Source: Macrostomum lignano
Lineage: Eukaryota
Length of the DNA: 33,722 bases
NCBI GenBank assembly: GCA_002269645.1
Contig: NIVC01004838.1
Coordinates: forward strand, 1-33,722
Reading direction: 5' to 3'
Shown: one piece after another, positions 1-10,632 of the stretch
Layout: each line of letters opens with the position of its first letter
Numbering within the stretch: position 1 is the stretch's first letter
The notes under the pieces: model-generated
The model's database searches: none
What the model saw: only the letters and a program-made list of their open reading frames with translations
What the model was told of the DNA's origin: nothing
Made by a program: the position numbers and the translations under genes

Positions 1-842
1 CCTCGCTCCCCCACGTTGGTGTTTGCGTCAGGCTGCTTTCGTGCTCCGAACGTGGAATTAACATCGGCGATAAGGAAACGTCAGTGTTGATGAGGTGGTA
101 AGACCTGCATGTACGAGCACAAGAACTGCCACCGATTCTTAGAAAAGAGGCTATAGGGGACATAGCGACATGGTATACACATGTATTGATGACTGACCGA
201 TGTAACTGTACCCCTACGTTAGAGTACATAGAAATGAAGACCTCTCATACCAGAAAAGCATGAGTTTAATATGTGGTTACTACCGGAAATTTTTTATTGG
301 GTGAATCCCTAGCTCTTTAGTAAGACTCTCTAGGACTCAATGCGATTCAGACAAAATCTGCCACGGAGCTAAATGCACTGCTGCAAAATCACATGGACCC
401 AAGCCTACCTACCTGCATTCAAACTTCGCAACTTGTAGCTCGATTTGTATTTTTTTGATTTTTTGTACCTATTCATGTTTGATCAGGAAAAATTTGATGT
501 AATTATAACTTGCCTGTCTAATATTTACATGTTACATATGTAATTTGCATCTGTAATTCCTGCCTCTCTGCCTCAAAAAAGCTTTTTAAGGGATAATTTT
601 TAACAGTACGTGTTTAAATGGAAGCTTGAATTCTGATTTGATTTTGAATTGTGGCCGATTTCTGTTGCCAAGTTCGGAAGTTCTGAGGACTTCGGTATTC
701 GATGTAGGCAGAGCCGTCTGACTCGCCCCGCGACCCCCGGGATCGGTTCAGTACGCGGCCACATGCATATCGGGCCTGTGCACGAAAGTTGGCCCAGGGG
801 GTTGTCCTGCGATTCTCGCCCACATGCGGGCCAAACCCCAAG

Positions 843-985
843 GCGCAGAGGGTGTACATCCCCTGACGATTAGAAAGTCAAAAAGGCCCTGTGTGAGCGT
901 GTGCACGAGTGCGTGCCTGCTTACAGTATTAGCGCGCTTGTGTGTGCTCAGGACTCGGCGGAATGGCCAGAATTGCCTCAGAATT
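843..985 (+). repeat. Unclassified dispersed repeat, copy A
   Basis: Core (g)cacagagagtgcacatgcctgacgattagaaagtcaa...gtgtgagcgtgtg...gtgtgctcagga..cggcggaatg..cagaattg.ctcag, shared with 15487-15611, 16250-16288 and 24628-24745 (reverse). Confidence 0.8.
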
Positions 986-1614
986 GCAGAAGAGCAGTAT
1001 AGTGGATGAAGCCACAACCCTTTGTAATTATTATTAATAATAATCTTGTTATAGGGAGAGCACTTAATCTTTCCTCTCCTAGCTACCATCAATTAACTAG
1101 CTAGGAAGAACTTTATTAATTATACACGGTTTCTGCTCTCGCTGAAATACAGACTGTTTACTCTGCAACTGAAGCAGATTTAGCGCCCAGCCATGGCAAC
1201 TGACGAACGGGCCGCATGGCTCGCTATTCAAATATTTGCCCAAACGTTAATTGCATTAGCAAAACGCCAAGCCTATTTCCATTGCCTGCATTTCGCGCTT
1301 GACTAGTGCGTATCCAATGGCAACGGTGACTAGTTACTTTCGTTTATTCAAGCCCTTCCGCGATTGGCATTAGCCTATGCATGAAAAAATTGATCACGCA
1401 TGTTTCACTACAGATCTATCTAGTCACTGCCCAAGAAGGCCCGGGGATCAATGCCTGTTTCCTAAATTCAGAGCTAAAAAATTCCGAAAATTCAATTCAG
1501 AAGATTATTCAGAAAATAAAACAAAAACCATTGCAAAGAGTATCAATGAATATGGTAGTCAATAGAATGCCAATGCCTTTCATAAGCATTCAAATCTCAG
1601 TTAGTCAAGTTTCA

Positions 1615-2902
1615 TTAAGAGAACTGAAGATACGGCCCCATCAGAAAGACTACAATTATGACGGCGGTAGCAACCACTCCTAACAGCGACAAGAATCTCT
1701 CGATAGCGCGGGTGGCCACCACCCAGTCTGAATCGACCGATTTCTCTTCCGCCGTAGGCGGTTTCCTCACGCAGTTGCCATCGCCCTCAGCTTCAGCCGG
1801 ACTCTGCTGGCCCACCTGTGGCGCCGCTGACGCAGAGCAGTCGGCCCAGGCATCGAACAAAGGCCGCCCGAGCGCATTCCGGCATGCGGCTGCCCTCCGG
1901 CCTGTAGTGGAACAGCATGACCAGCGATGTCAGCAGCAGCGACACGGTGGACAGCACCATGGCGGCCGTGATGAACAGGGCAATGGCGGGCATCTTCTGC
2001 GACTTCGGCAGAATTCCGTCCAGAAGCAGCAAGAACACGGTGTAGCTGAGCATGATTGTGATGCCGAATCCCAGCTTCTCACCGGACTCCAGGGGTACAA
2101 AGTACACCAACACCTGGAGCAAAGTCAACAGCAGCAAAGGCGTGATGATGTTGATGAAATAGTACGTTGACACTCGCTACAAGTGCAATCGCAGAACAAA
2201 GGTCGAAAGTTCGGTCTCATTGTGTCCTTCGATTATAAAATATTTTTTGGTTTCCAAATCTGCTGTAGCATTTTTCAATATCCACTCGTTGCTAGGCTTG
2301 TAGATTCCTGTCACCCGCATTGGCATTGCGCTGCGAACAGGCCGCACTGCATCAGGATTGGCCTGAGTTGCAAGGAAGAACAGCAGCTCGCAAGTGTGCT
2401 GGTCGTACGGAAAGTCGGACATGTTGAATTGACAAAAAAATTCGAACTCCCGGCGCCAGGATGAAGCAACCGTCGTCACGCTTGAATTTTTAGAAGCCAG
2501 TGTAAGTAGGAATCCGAGGAATCAGAATCTGTTCATCGCCGTTACCGTTGTATGTCATGATGATTGGGTACCAAATTTTCGCTGGGTCCCAGCTAGTAGA
2601 ACTGACGCCACCAAAGTCGGCAGGATTCCACACGAGTCGCTCCTCCTCCCAGCTGGCTTAAACGTAGGCAGCGATTTTGATGTTCTGCTTGGCAGTGTCC
2701 ACTGAGACTAATGGGCTGACCATGATGTCAAACGACACGTTGACTTTCTTTGTCTTGTTTAATATTGGCAGAATCATTGGCTGTATGTAGTTGCAATTTT
2801 GTTGTTTAGGTGCTGCATTAGCAGGACATCGAAATCAGTAGCTAGTGTCGAGGCTAAAAGCGAAACCAGCAGTATGAATGAGAATAGCATTTTATGTCTC
2901 AT
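1615..2902 (-). pseudogene. Intronless Cys-loop ligand-gated ion channel (nAChR-like) pseudogene, paralog 1
   Basis: Manual translation gives a signal peptide (MRHKMLFSFILLVSLLASTLA), WEEERLVWNP, WYPIIMTYN, Cys-loop CQFNMSDFPYDQHTC, M1-M2 VYFVPLESGEKLGFGITIMLSYTVFLLLL and M4 DWVVATRAIERF, collinear with the intact paralog at 6286-7590. Lesions: frameshifts near 2795, 2500 and 1800-1830; in-frame stops TAA 2658-2660 and TAG 2177-2179. Confidence 0.92.
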
Positions 2903-3112
2903 TTTCCAGTGCATTGCTGATCGCATTGACAACTGGTACGTCTGATAAAATAGTTTTAACGCCGTTTCACCCCGACCAACTACAGGTTGGGCTCAAAGAT
3001 AGCCTGAAAATCCGTTTGCTACTGAAATTCGATTGGACAGATAGCTTTCATCAATATGAAAGCATAAAGCAGCGCCAGTGTTATCACATTTCTAGCGAGA
3101 TATTTGATAAAT

Positions 3113-3153
3113 ATTGGCTTGAAAAAAATAGACTTGCTTTTTTTCAAGCCAAT
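3113..3153. repeat. Perfect 16-bp-stem hairpin overlapping the outer end of the left inverted repeat
   Basis: attggcttgaaaaaaa (3113-3128) / 9-nt loop tagacttgc / tttttttcaagccaat (3138-3153). Confidence 0.9.
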
Positions 3154-3327
3154 TGAGCCTAGGAGCAAGAAATTTAATCCTTAGTGGGAAGATCAAGCTA
3201 TTGAAGACAATTGCTTTTCATTGTCTAGCAATTTGACGATCATTATTCACATTTTTAATGCAGAACCATCCATTACTACAAGCAATGCATTTTCTTTAGG
3301 ATTGTCAAATAGAAAAACAATGCAAAG

Positions 3328-3422
3328 AATCAGCGGTCGCAGCACGTGGCAACGATTTGTCTATGGCTCGCGCCTACCGGCGCTCGCCAGACAATCGTTG
3401 TCACGCACTGGGACCGCTGATT
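3328..3422. repeat. Imperfect hairpin with about 34-bp arms, inside the extra segment of the left inverted repeat
   Basis: aatcagcggtcgcagcacgtggcaacgatttgtct (3328-3362) versus the reverse complement of 3389-3422, aatcagcggtcccagtgcgtgacaacgattgtct. Confidence 0.88.
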
Positions 3423-3560
3423 ATTTATCCATTGTCTATGGCCCGAAAGGGGGTCCATGGAACAACCAATTTGAGAATTTGGGCGCGCTATTAATCCTTT
3501 CCACAGTTGCGCAAGCCTTAGACCATAGAAAATAACAGATTTCATTAGACAAACATAGAC

Positions 3561-4723
3561 ATGGCAGACGAAGAATTTAGCGAGCAGAGCAGTGACGAAA
3601 GTTTTGCTACAGCCCAAGATGGAGTAGATGAGCAGAATCCTGCAGGGCGAGAACCCTATCGCAAGATAAGCAACGAAAAGTACGACCTGATTGTCGCTGC
3701 CATCGATAGAGGTGATAGTGCTGAGCACATTTCGCGATGGCTGGACGTAAAGAGAAAAACAGTTTATTCTATCAAGCGTCGCTTTGAAACCACGGGACGC
3801 CGGGACCGCACACGACGGGGTGGAGATCGAGCATCGAAACTGGAAGAGAAACACATCCAACTACTTCTTTCATCACTGGATAACAATCCTCTAATGACGT
3901 TGAAAGAGTTGCGACGCAAGTTGACTGACACCTGTCCAGGCCCCGAAGTGAGTACTACTACTGTAAGCCGGACCTTGGACAAGCAGCTGATTACATTGAA
4001 GTGCATTGGTCGAGACGCCGATGTGCCAGTGGTCAGGAATAGTCCTGAATATCGGGCACTCCGACGAGAATTTGCTCACTGGCTCACTGGTGTTCCACCT
4101 GAACGTCACCTCATCTATGCTGATGAGACCGGTTTCAACATTTGGACTCGCCGGTCCCAAGGACGCAGCAGACGTGGCCAGCGAGTCCGACCTGTTTTGC
4201 ACACGCAGCGTGGGGTTCAGGTCAATGTCCTGCAGGCAGTGGCACAAAGTTCGGCTTGGTACACCACAAGATTGTCGGTCACACACTGTCTGCAAACGTG
4301 TTTCAAGCATTTGTCGAGGAGTTACTCCATGCTGTCAACAATCGAGATGATGTAGACAATGCCGACAACTTCTTAGTCATCATTGATGGAGCTCGCTTCC
4401 ATAACGGACTGAGGATCCCCCAGCAGTTTGAGCTGAACTGGCAGGTTGTAGTACTGCCTCCATTTTCTCCATTTCTGAACCCGACCGAGTGTGCGCATTC
4501 CTGTTTGAAGGCGGCCATCAAGCGGCAGCTTGCACAGCCACAGGTGCAAATCGAATTGGACAATCCACCGCCAGAGACAACACTGCTCGAGTGGCGCGTA
4601 CTCGTTCTTCATCGGATTGCGGAGGAGGCAACGGCTGAGACCACAGTAGTCAAATTCGGTGGCTGGTTTTGGCAGATGCTTCGCTTCATCCCGCGCTGCT
4701 TAAACGAGGAAGAAATTCTCTGA
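3561..4723 (+). pseudogene. Transposase (HTH plus DDE), about 387 aa when repaired, with one 1-nt-deletion frameshift near 4245
   Basis: ORF 3561..4355 has HTH-like segments and IYADETGF. It continues in the frame of ORF 4142..4723 (KFGLVHHKIV...VIIDGARFH...LPPFSPFLNPTE). The junction is gtggcacaaagttcggc. Confidence 0.88.
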
Positions 4724-5161
4724 ACATTGATCGGGTTTGGTTTCAATCTGTCCAACACTGTTTTGAGAGACACGATTGTTCTCGGCTTATACTGTATGCC
4801 ATGACTTTTCCTTTGCCTGTTTGATTGGTTTCTCTGAAATCAAAGTGTTAATGTCAATCGTTTCTTGATATGCCATCTATTTGCAGACGCTATTTCAGTA
4901 AAGTTATTCGTGAAGGATATACGAGCACTGTGAAAAGGATTAATTCTCAAATTGGTTGCTCCATAGACCCCATTTTTGGGCCATAGACAATGAAAAGCAA
5001 GTCTTCAATAGCTTGATTCTCCCAATAAGGATTAAACTGCTTGCTCCTAGGCTCAATTGGCTTGGAAACTTCTATACTAAATTTGATTTATCATTTGGCC
5101 GTCAGGCTTTTTACAATATTGCAGCTCCCCTCAAAATGCATGTTTAATCCTCTAAACAGAG

Positions 5162-5504
5162 CATAGACATAAGGATTTTCCAGGATAATACGAGCGTATT
5201 GAATATAACCTAATAAAATCCCGGAATGGAAGTAATGTAAATCGTTATGTATCAGATTAAACATGCCTTTTGAGGGAGTTATTTGTATAAATCACGAGGG
5301 CCTGAGGCCCGAGGGATTTATGAAAATAACTCCCGAAAAAGGCATGTGTAATCTCGTATAAACCATAGACATAAAGACTTTACGGGATATTATTGAATAT
5401 TACCAAATAAAATCCCGGAGAACGCAAATATTGTCACGGAAAGTCTTTATTTCTATGGATTATATCTATGTTTTATATGAAGCTTTAGTTCTATGTCTAT
5501 GGTT
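5162..5504. repeat. MITE-like composite: direct repeats around a 101-bp palindrome, plus 13-bp inverted termini
   Basis: Palindrome 5254-5354 is centred on gggcct-g-aggccc. Degenerate direct repeats catagacata...aataaaatcccgga occur at about 5162-5225 and 5364-5418. aaccatagacata (5361-5373) is inverted at tatgtctatggtt (5492-5504). Confidence 0.7.
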
Positions 5505-6285
5505 ATAAGCTTGTAATTGGACTGAAGTGGTGCTGTTCCCCAGGGTTTTTTGGTTCTGTAGGGTAAAATACAGACTCAGTTTTTTTTTCTTCATCTAAAT
5601 TAGATATTTCTTCAAGATTAAACACACATTAACACAACACACACCATTACCCTCGTATATCCTTTACATAAAGCAATAGGAGTGGAGCTAGTATAATACT
5701 TCCCATTTACAATATTTTGTAATCTAGCGAGCAAGGACTCGAATGTCTTTGTCCCTGGACAACTAAGGTAAAATAATTGACGAATTAGGTGTACCCCCAC
5801 TGTCCCCCTAAGAAGTTAAAACAAAAACAAAATGCGCTGTCAGAGTTCTTAGATGGCAGCGTCACAAGGTCAAAATTAGAAGCGTCACATAAATCTGATA
5901 TATTCGTAAAATATCGAATGTATTATTTCAAAGATTTAGCTACGACAGAAAATTTTATGAAGATAGCGTTGAGAAAAAATTTATATTTAGCGAAAGGATA
6001 ATGTCCAAGAGAGTTAATTTAGATAGAGCATAATTGTGTGCAGCTGAGATTATAAACATTTCTTGGGCGTGACAGCGAGGGTACAAGTTGAAGACCAGTA
6101 AACTCCAATTATCGACTGATTTTCACCTCCTCAAATGTGTGAAAAAATTAAAACGATAATTTTCAAAAATAAGGCTCACTCTGAGTTATCAGTGGGTTAA
6201 ATTTCGAGCAAGATTATTTAAACAAACAGTCTTAAATTCACTGCGCGTTGATAGCTCGTAGATTCCTCTTACGCTCGTAAACAGC

Positions 6286-7590
6286 TTAGTCTTGATTTTG
6301 AATCATGGGTTTCAAAACAAACACTCCGATGATTGCAGCTGTGGCGAAAACTCCCAGAGCCACCATCAGCCTCTCAATCGCGTAGGAAGCCACAATCCAT
6401 TCCGACTTCGCCACGGGAGCTGAGTCGGCCATCTTGCGCACACTGGACTCGCTTGCCGCTGCGTAAGCAGTCGGAGTCTCACTGTCCTGCGCACTGGACG
6501 AGCCGTTCACGCAGAACACGCGTCCAAGGAATCGGACAAAGAAGCCTCGGGCGCATGCGGGCATCTTGGTGCCCTCCGGAGCGTAGTGAAATCGCATGAT
6601 TAGCGAAGTTAACAGCAGTGACACCGTTGACAGGATCATGGCAGACGTGATGAACGATGCAATAGCTGGTGTTGACTGCGACTTCGGCAGGATGCCGTCC
6701 AGAAGCAGCAGGAACACGGTATAACTGAGCATGATTGTGATGCCGAATCCCAGTTTCTCGCCGGATTCGAGTGGTACAAAGTACACCAGCACTTGAAGCA
6801 GAGTCAACAGCAACAGCGGAGTGATTACGCTTATCAAATAGTACGTTGAAACTCTTTTAAACTGCACCCTGATGATATAAGATGGGAGCATTTGCTTCGC
6901 AGCTACTCCGCGAATCAAATTGTAAGCCCTATATTCAGCTTTTGAGGATGCATTCACCAATGTCCACTCGCTGCTCTCTGTGTATAGCGCCTTTATATTG
7001 AATGGGTGATTGGTCTTCGCTATTGGAATTACCATCGAATTTCCGTGCCCCTGGTCGCTGAAGAAGAACTCCAACTCGCAGTCGTGCTGATCCCAAGGGA
7101 ATTTTGACACGTCAAATTGGCAGGCGAATTCGAACTCGCGACGCCACATTGCAGTAACTTGCGTACTGTTCACTGTTGTCGACAAAAGATCTACCGGCAT
7201 CTGCGGCGCGAGAACCTGTCCGTCTCCAATGCCATTATACACCATGATAACAGGAAACCAGACCTCTGACGCGTCCCGGTTAATCACTTTCACGCCGCCA
7301 AACTTTTTCGGATCCCAAACCAGTCGCTCCTCCTCCCACACAGCCTGAATGAATGCTGATATTTTTATGCTCTGCTTTGCCGTGTCCACAGACACAATCT
7401 GAGACAGAAGCGAGTCCATCACGATTTGGATCACCTTGTCCTTGTTAATTCTTGGTAACAGATTCGGGCTGAAATAGCTGATGTTGTTCTTTAAATACGT
7501 GTCAAGTTCACCCTCGAAGTCCTGCTGTCCCTGGACACCAGCCGCTGTCAGCAATAGTGTGACGACAGTCACAAATAGAGCCGGCGTCAT
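6286..7590 (-). CDS. Intact intronless Cys-loop ligand-gated ion channel subunit, nAChR-like non-alpha, predicted cation-selective (434 aa), paralog 2
   Basis: Single ORF with a signal peptide, WEEERLVWDP, WFPVIMVYN, C-x13-C Cys-loop (CQFDVSKFPWDQHDC), four TM helices, GEK before M2, 9' Leu and a short M3-M4 loop. No loop C Cys-Cys. Confidence 0.96.
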   Translation of the reverse strand: MTPALFVTVVTLLLTAAGVQGQQDFEGELDTYLKNNISYFSPNLLPRINKDKVIQIVMDSLLSQIVSVDTAKQSIKISAFIQAVWEEERLVWDPKKFGGVKVINRDASEVWFPVIMVYNGIGDGQVLAPQMPVDLLSTTVNSTQVTAMWRREFEFACQFDVSKFPWDQHDCELEFFFSDQGHGNSMVIPIAKTNHPFNIKALYTESSEWTLVNASSKAEYRAYNLIRGVAAKQMLPSYIIRVQFKRVSTYYLISVITPLLLLTLLQVLVYFVPLESGEKLGFGITIMLSYTVFLLLLDGILPKSQSTPAIASFITSAMILSTVSLLLTSLIMRFHYAPEGTKMPACARGFFVRFLGRVFCVNGSSSAQDSETPTAYAAASESSVRKMADSAPVAKSEWIVASYAIERLMVALGVFATAAIIGVFVLKPMIQNQD

Positions 7591-8826
7591 GTTTATCAGC
7601 TAGCTCTGCTTTGGTATGCCTCGGTTCTCAAGAGAAATTCAATCAACTTTGGTTATAAATATGGAGTTTGTCCAAACAATGGATTTGTTTCATGATTGGC
7701 TTGCTGTGTGGCTTCTGACGCGAGCCACACGCATACAGTATGCATATTTGAGAGGTGCTCCTAACACAACGGTTACCTGAGTGGTGAAAACTGTGCAAGT
7801 TGATTGATTGATCAGATTAGGAGAAGCAAGCAAACGGGCGCACGCAGTATATAGTAGAGCTGCTTTAATTATTAATTCTGCTAAAAATAAAATGAAAGTC
7901 ATGATTGAAAGCTTTCCATATAACGTTCAAACCAATTTAAGTGGCACTTTTAGTGCCTTTCATTTCTATTGTTAATTGCTTTGCTATCGCAACAATGAGT
8001 GGGTACGAATGAAAGTTAGACGGACGAGCCAAGCCAAATAAGCGCATATTAGTAACGAATACCGGATATTCGGTGCCTGGTTTTACTGTGTACTGGAGTG
8101 TTAGTGCCTGCGGTTAATTTACTCATTGAATTTACTGATGCTATTTGTTTAATGAGTGGAATTAATGTGGATTAGCAATTAGACAATAACTGCATAATAA
8201 ATTAAATAGTTTGCAATTTTTTGTAATACTGCTTTTAATATTTTGTCGAAGTTTCTACAAAACAAGTTTCTATGAATCTTCACTCGCTCTCACTTCTAGT
8301 TTGAAAAGTAGACTTTTACGAGTGGTTCTGAAAAAATAAAAAACCTTCGCTCCATCAAAAATATATTTAACTAAATAAACTAATTATATTAATTATACAT
8401 ATATAATTAATAATAATACACTTCTCTGAAACTCTCCTTTCTCACTTGCTCTGGCACCGAAATGTCTGGCAACGAAGTTTCTGGCTACATAACAACCAAA
8501 CTTTTCTTAGTTCACTCACTGAAGTTTCTCGTTTCATAAAAAGTTCGAAACTACTCTAAGTAGCTAAAAACGGATGGAAAAGTTTTGCTAACGACGCATT
8601 TTTTGGTGAAGTTATCGTTAAATTTAAGATTATCCAGCGACAAGAAGTACATGTGGACAGAAAATGTATAGCTGGTAGTAGTAGTGTTTGATTAGACGAA
8701 AATATTTATTTATTTAAACATTTAAAATATTGATGCGTGATGCGCGTTTTCTCGCGCTTATTCTTCCAAAAATAAAGGAAGATTTTAGCCTCAGTGAAAC
8801 TGTTAGCTGCCAATTGTGAAGCCAAG

Positions 8827-10129
8827 TCAGCACTTGTGCGGCGAACCCCAGTAGGGCCTGATGATGAGCCCGCCCAGGAAGGCGGCTGTGGCTGCAACGC
8901 CCAGCGCTACCATCAGCCGCTCGACAGACTTTGTTGCCACTGTCCAATCCGATTGAATCCGGCCGGCGTCTCCATCCACTTTTCTAACGTTGGTCCGGCT
9001 ATTGTCGCTATTTTCCGTCCGAACCGTGGCATTGCTACCTTTCACGCACAGCAGACGGTCTAGAAACCGGACGAGAACGACTCTAAGGCAGGTTGGCATT
9101 CCATCATCTCCAGGCGTGAAGTGAAGTCGCATGGTCAAAGAAGTCAGTAGGAGAGATCCTGTGGACAGAATCATCGCAGACGTGATGAAATATGCAACAA
9201 ATGGCAGCTTTTGTGACCGATAGAATGCCGTCCAGGAGCAGTAGGAACACAGTGTAGCTGAGCATGATTGTGATGCCGAATCCCAGCTTCTCACCGGACT
9301 CCAGTGGCACAAAGTACACCAGCACTTGAAGAACAGACAACAGAATGAGCGGTGCAATGATGTTCACGAAGTAATAATTTGATACTCGACAGATCTGAAG
9401 CCTTAATTCGTACGTTGGAAGCTGCGCCTTTCTCAGACCTTGAATCAGAGCGTACTCCTTGAACTCTTCAGACGTGGAGAAGTTCAGAAGTGTCCATTCG
9501 CTGCTCTTTTGGTAGAGAACTAGCGGGTTATACGGAAACAGCTTGTTGACCTCAGGTTCTACCCCAGAATTGTGCCGTTCAGGATCGATGAAGCAGAATG
9601 ATATAGAGCAGTCGTGCATGTCCACGGGAAACTGGCTTACGTCAAACTTGCAAGTGAATTCGAACACGCGACGCCATGGAGCCGTGACTTGGGTTAAGTT
9701 GGGTGATTGCGACGTTAGGAAAACTGGCGTTTTTGATTGCGGCACCTGATCCTGTCCTACACCGTTGTACATCAAAATCAAAGGGCTCCAGATTTCATCA
9801 ACTTTCCAATTAATAACGGTAACATCACCGAATTTGCTCGAATTCCAAACCAGCCGCTCCTCTTCCCATTTTGCCTGAAGCAATGCGCTCACTCGTATCG
9901 TCTGCTTCACCGTGTCAACCGCAGTTATGTGGGTCAGCAGAGGGTCCATCCTGACAGCAATTTTAGCATTCGGCTCTATCCTGGGCGGGAGCAGGGGACT
10001 GTAGTTGGTTATGTTGTTCTTCAAGTACTGTATCACGTTAGCCTGGTGGTCCGCCCAGACAAAGCTGTTGCAGAAGAAACAGACAGCAAGAACAGTGAGA
10101 ACAGCTGACAAATTTCGTAGTGGAGCCAT
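8827..10129 (-). pseudogene. Intronless Cys-loop channel paralog 3 with one 2-nt deletion after M2 (pseudogene or assembly error)
   Basis: ATG at 10129 (MAPLRNLSAVLTVLAV...), WSPLILMYN, Cys-loop CKFDVSQFPVDMHDC, PLESGEKLGFGITIMLSY. Relative to paralog 1 (ctg ccg aag tcg cag aag) it reads cta tcg --g tca caa aag, a deletion between 9217 and 9218. M3 and M4 continue in ORF 8827..9357. Confidence 0.9.
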
Positions 10130-10632
10130 GGCGCTAAGCTTTCTCTGCACGGATCAAAACAGTTCAGAGCTCCGCACACGCTTATCTACAGTTATATCCA
10201 AAATGAAATTATATCTTCGCTTATTTCCAGTGTTTGCGATCGATAGACTGCATATACAATTGCTAATGAAATGTTTGCCCATCAGCAGTCTCCATCAACT
10301 GCATCTGAGCCTTCCGACTCACAGTTAGAAAGCGCGATTGTCGTGTCAGTCTGTTTAAACTGCAATTTATTTCTCCGGCATTATCCTGCGCAAACAGTTG
10401 GCCATTAGCGTTGCCAAGCTGACAATTATCAGGTTCGCGACTTGGTTAAGTCAAACAGACGAACATGCAGGCGAGAACTCAGAATAAATTAAATAATTGA
10501 TAACAGCTACGTGGGTAGAATTGCTTTACTACAGTTTCACGTACATGTAACACTTCATTGCATTTAAGTAACTTCAACTGCGAGTAAACATGTTCAAAAT
10601 TTTATGTCAATTGACTGTAACAAAAGCTAGTA

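Larger units (their letters stand above)
3142..5068 (+). mobile_element. Tc1/IS630-like (DDE_3-type) DNA transposon with long imperfect terminal inverted repeats
   Basis: Transposase 3561-4723 is flanked by inverted repeats. 3142-3227 matches the reverse complement of about 4984-5068, and 3430-3507 matches the reverse complement of 4927-4992. Outer boundaries are approximate and no clean TA target duplication was seen. Confidence 0.85.

Noticed and set aside
1-180. Possible fourth channel paralog starting at the left edge on the minus strand (MSPIASFLRI..., LSPMLIPR)
   Set aside because: Needs two frameshifts within 50 codons. Another frame (YVPY...F...PPHQH*RFLIADVNSTFGARK...VGERG) fits a decayed LINE endonuclease about as well. 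Neither reading is supportable without the upstream sequence.
1658-2170. Plus-strand 170-aa ORF and other antisense ORFs over the channel genes, transposase, RT and gag-pol
   Set aside because: Shadow ORFs opposite GC-rich coding sequence, with no recognisable motifs.
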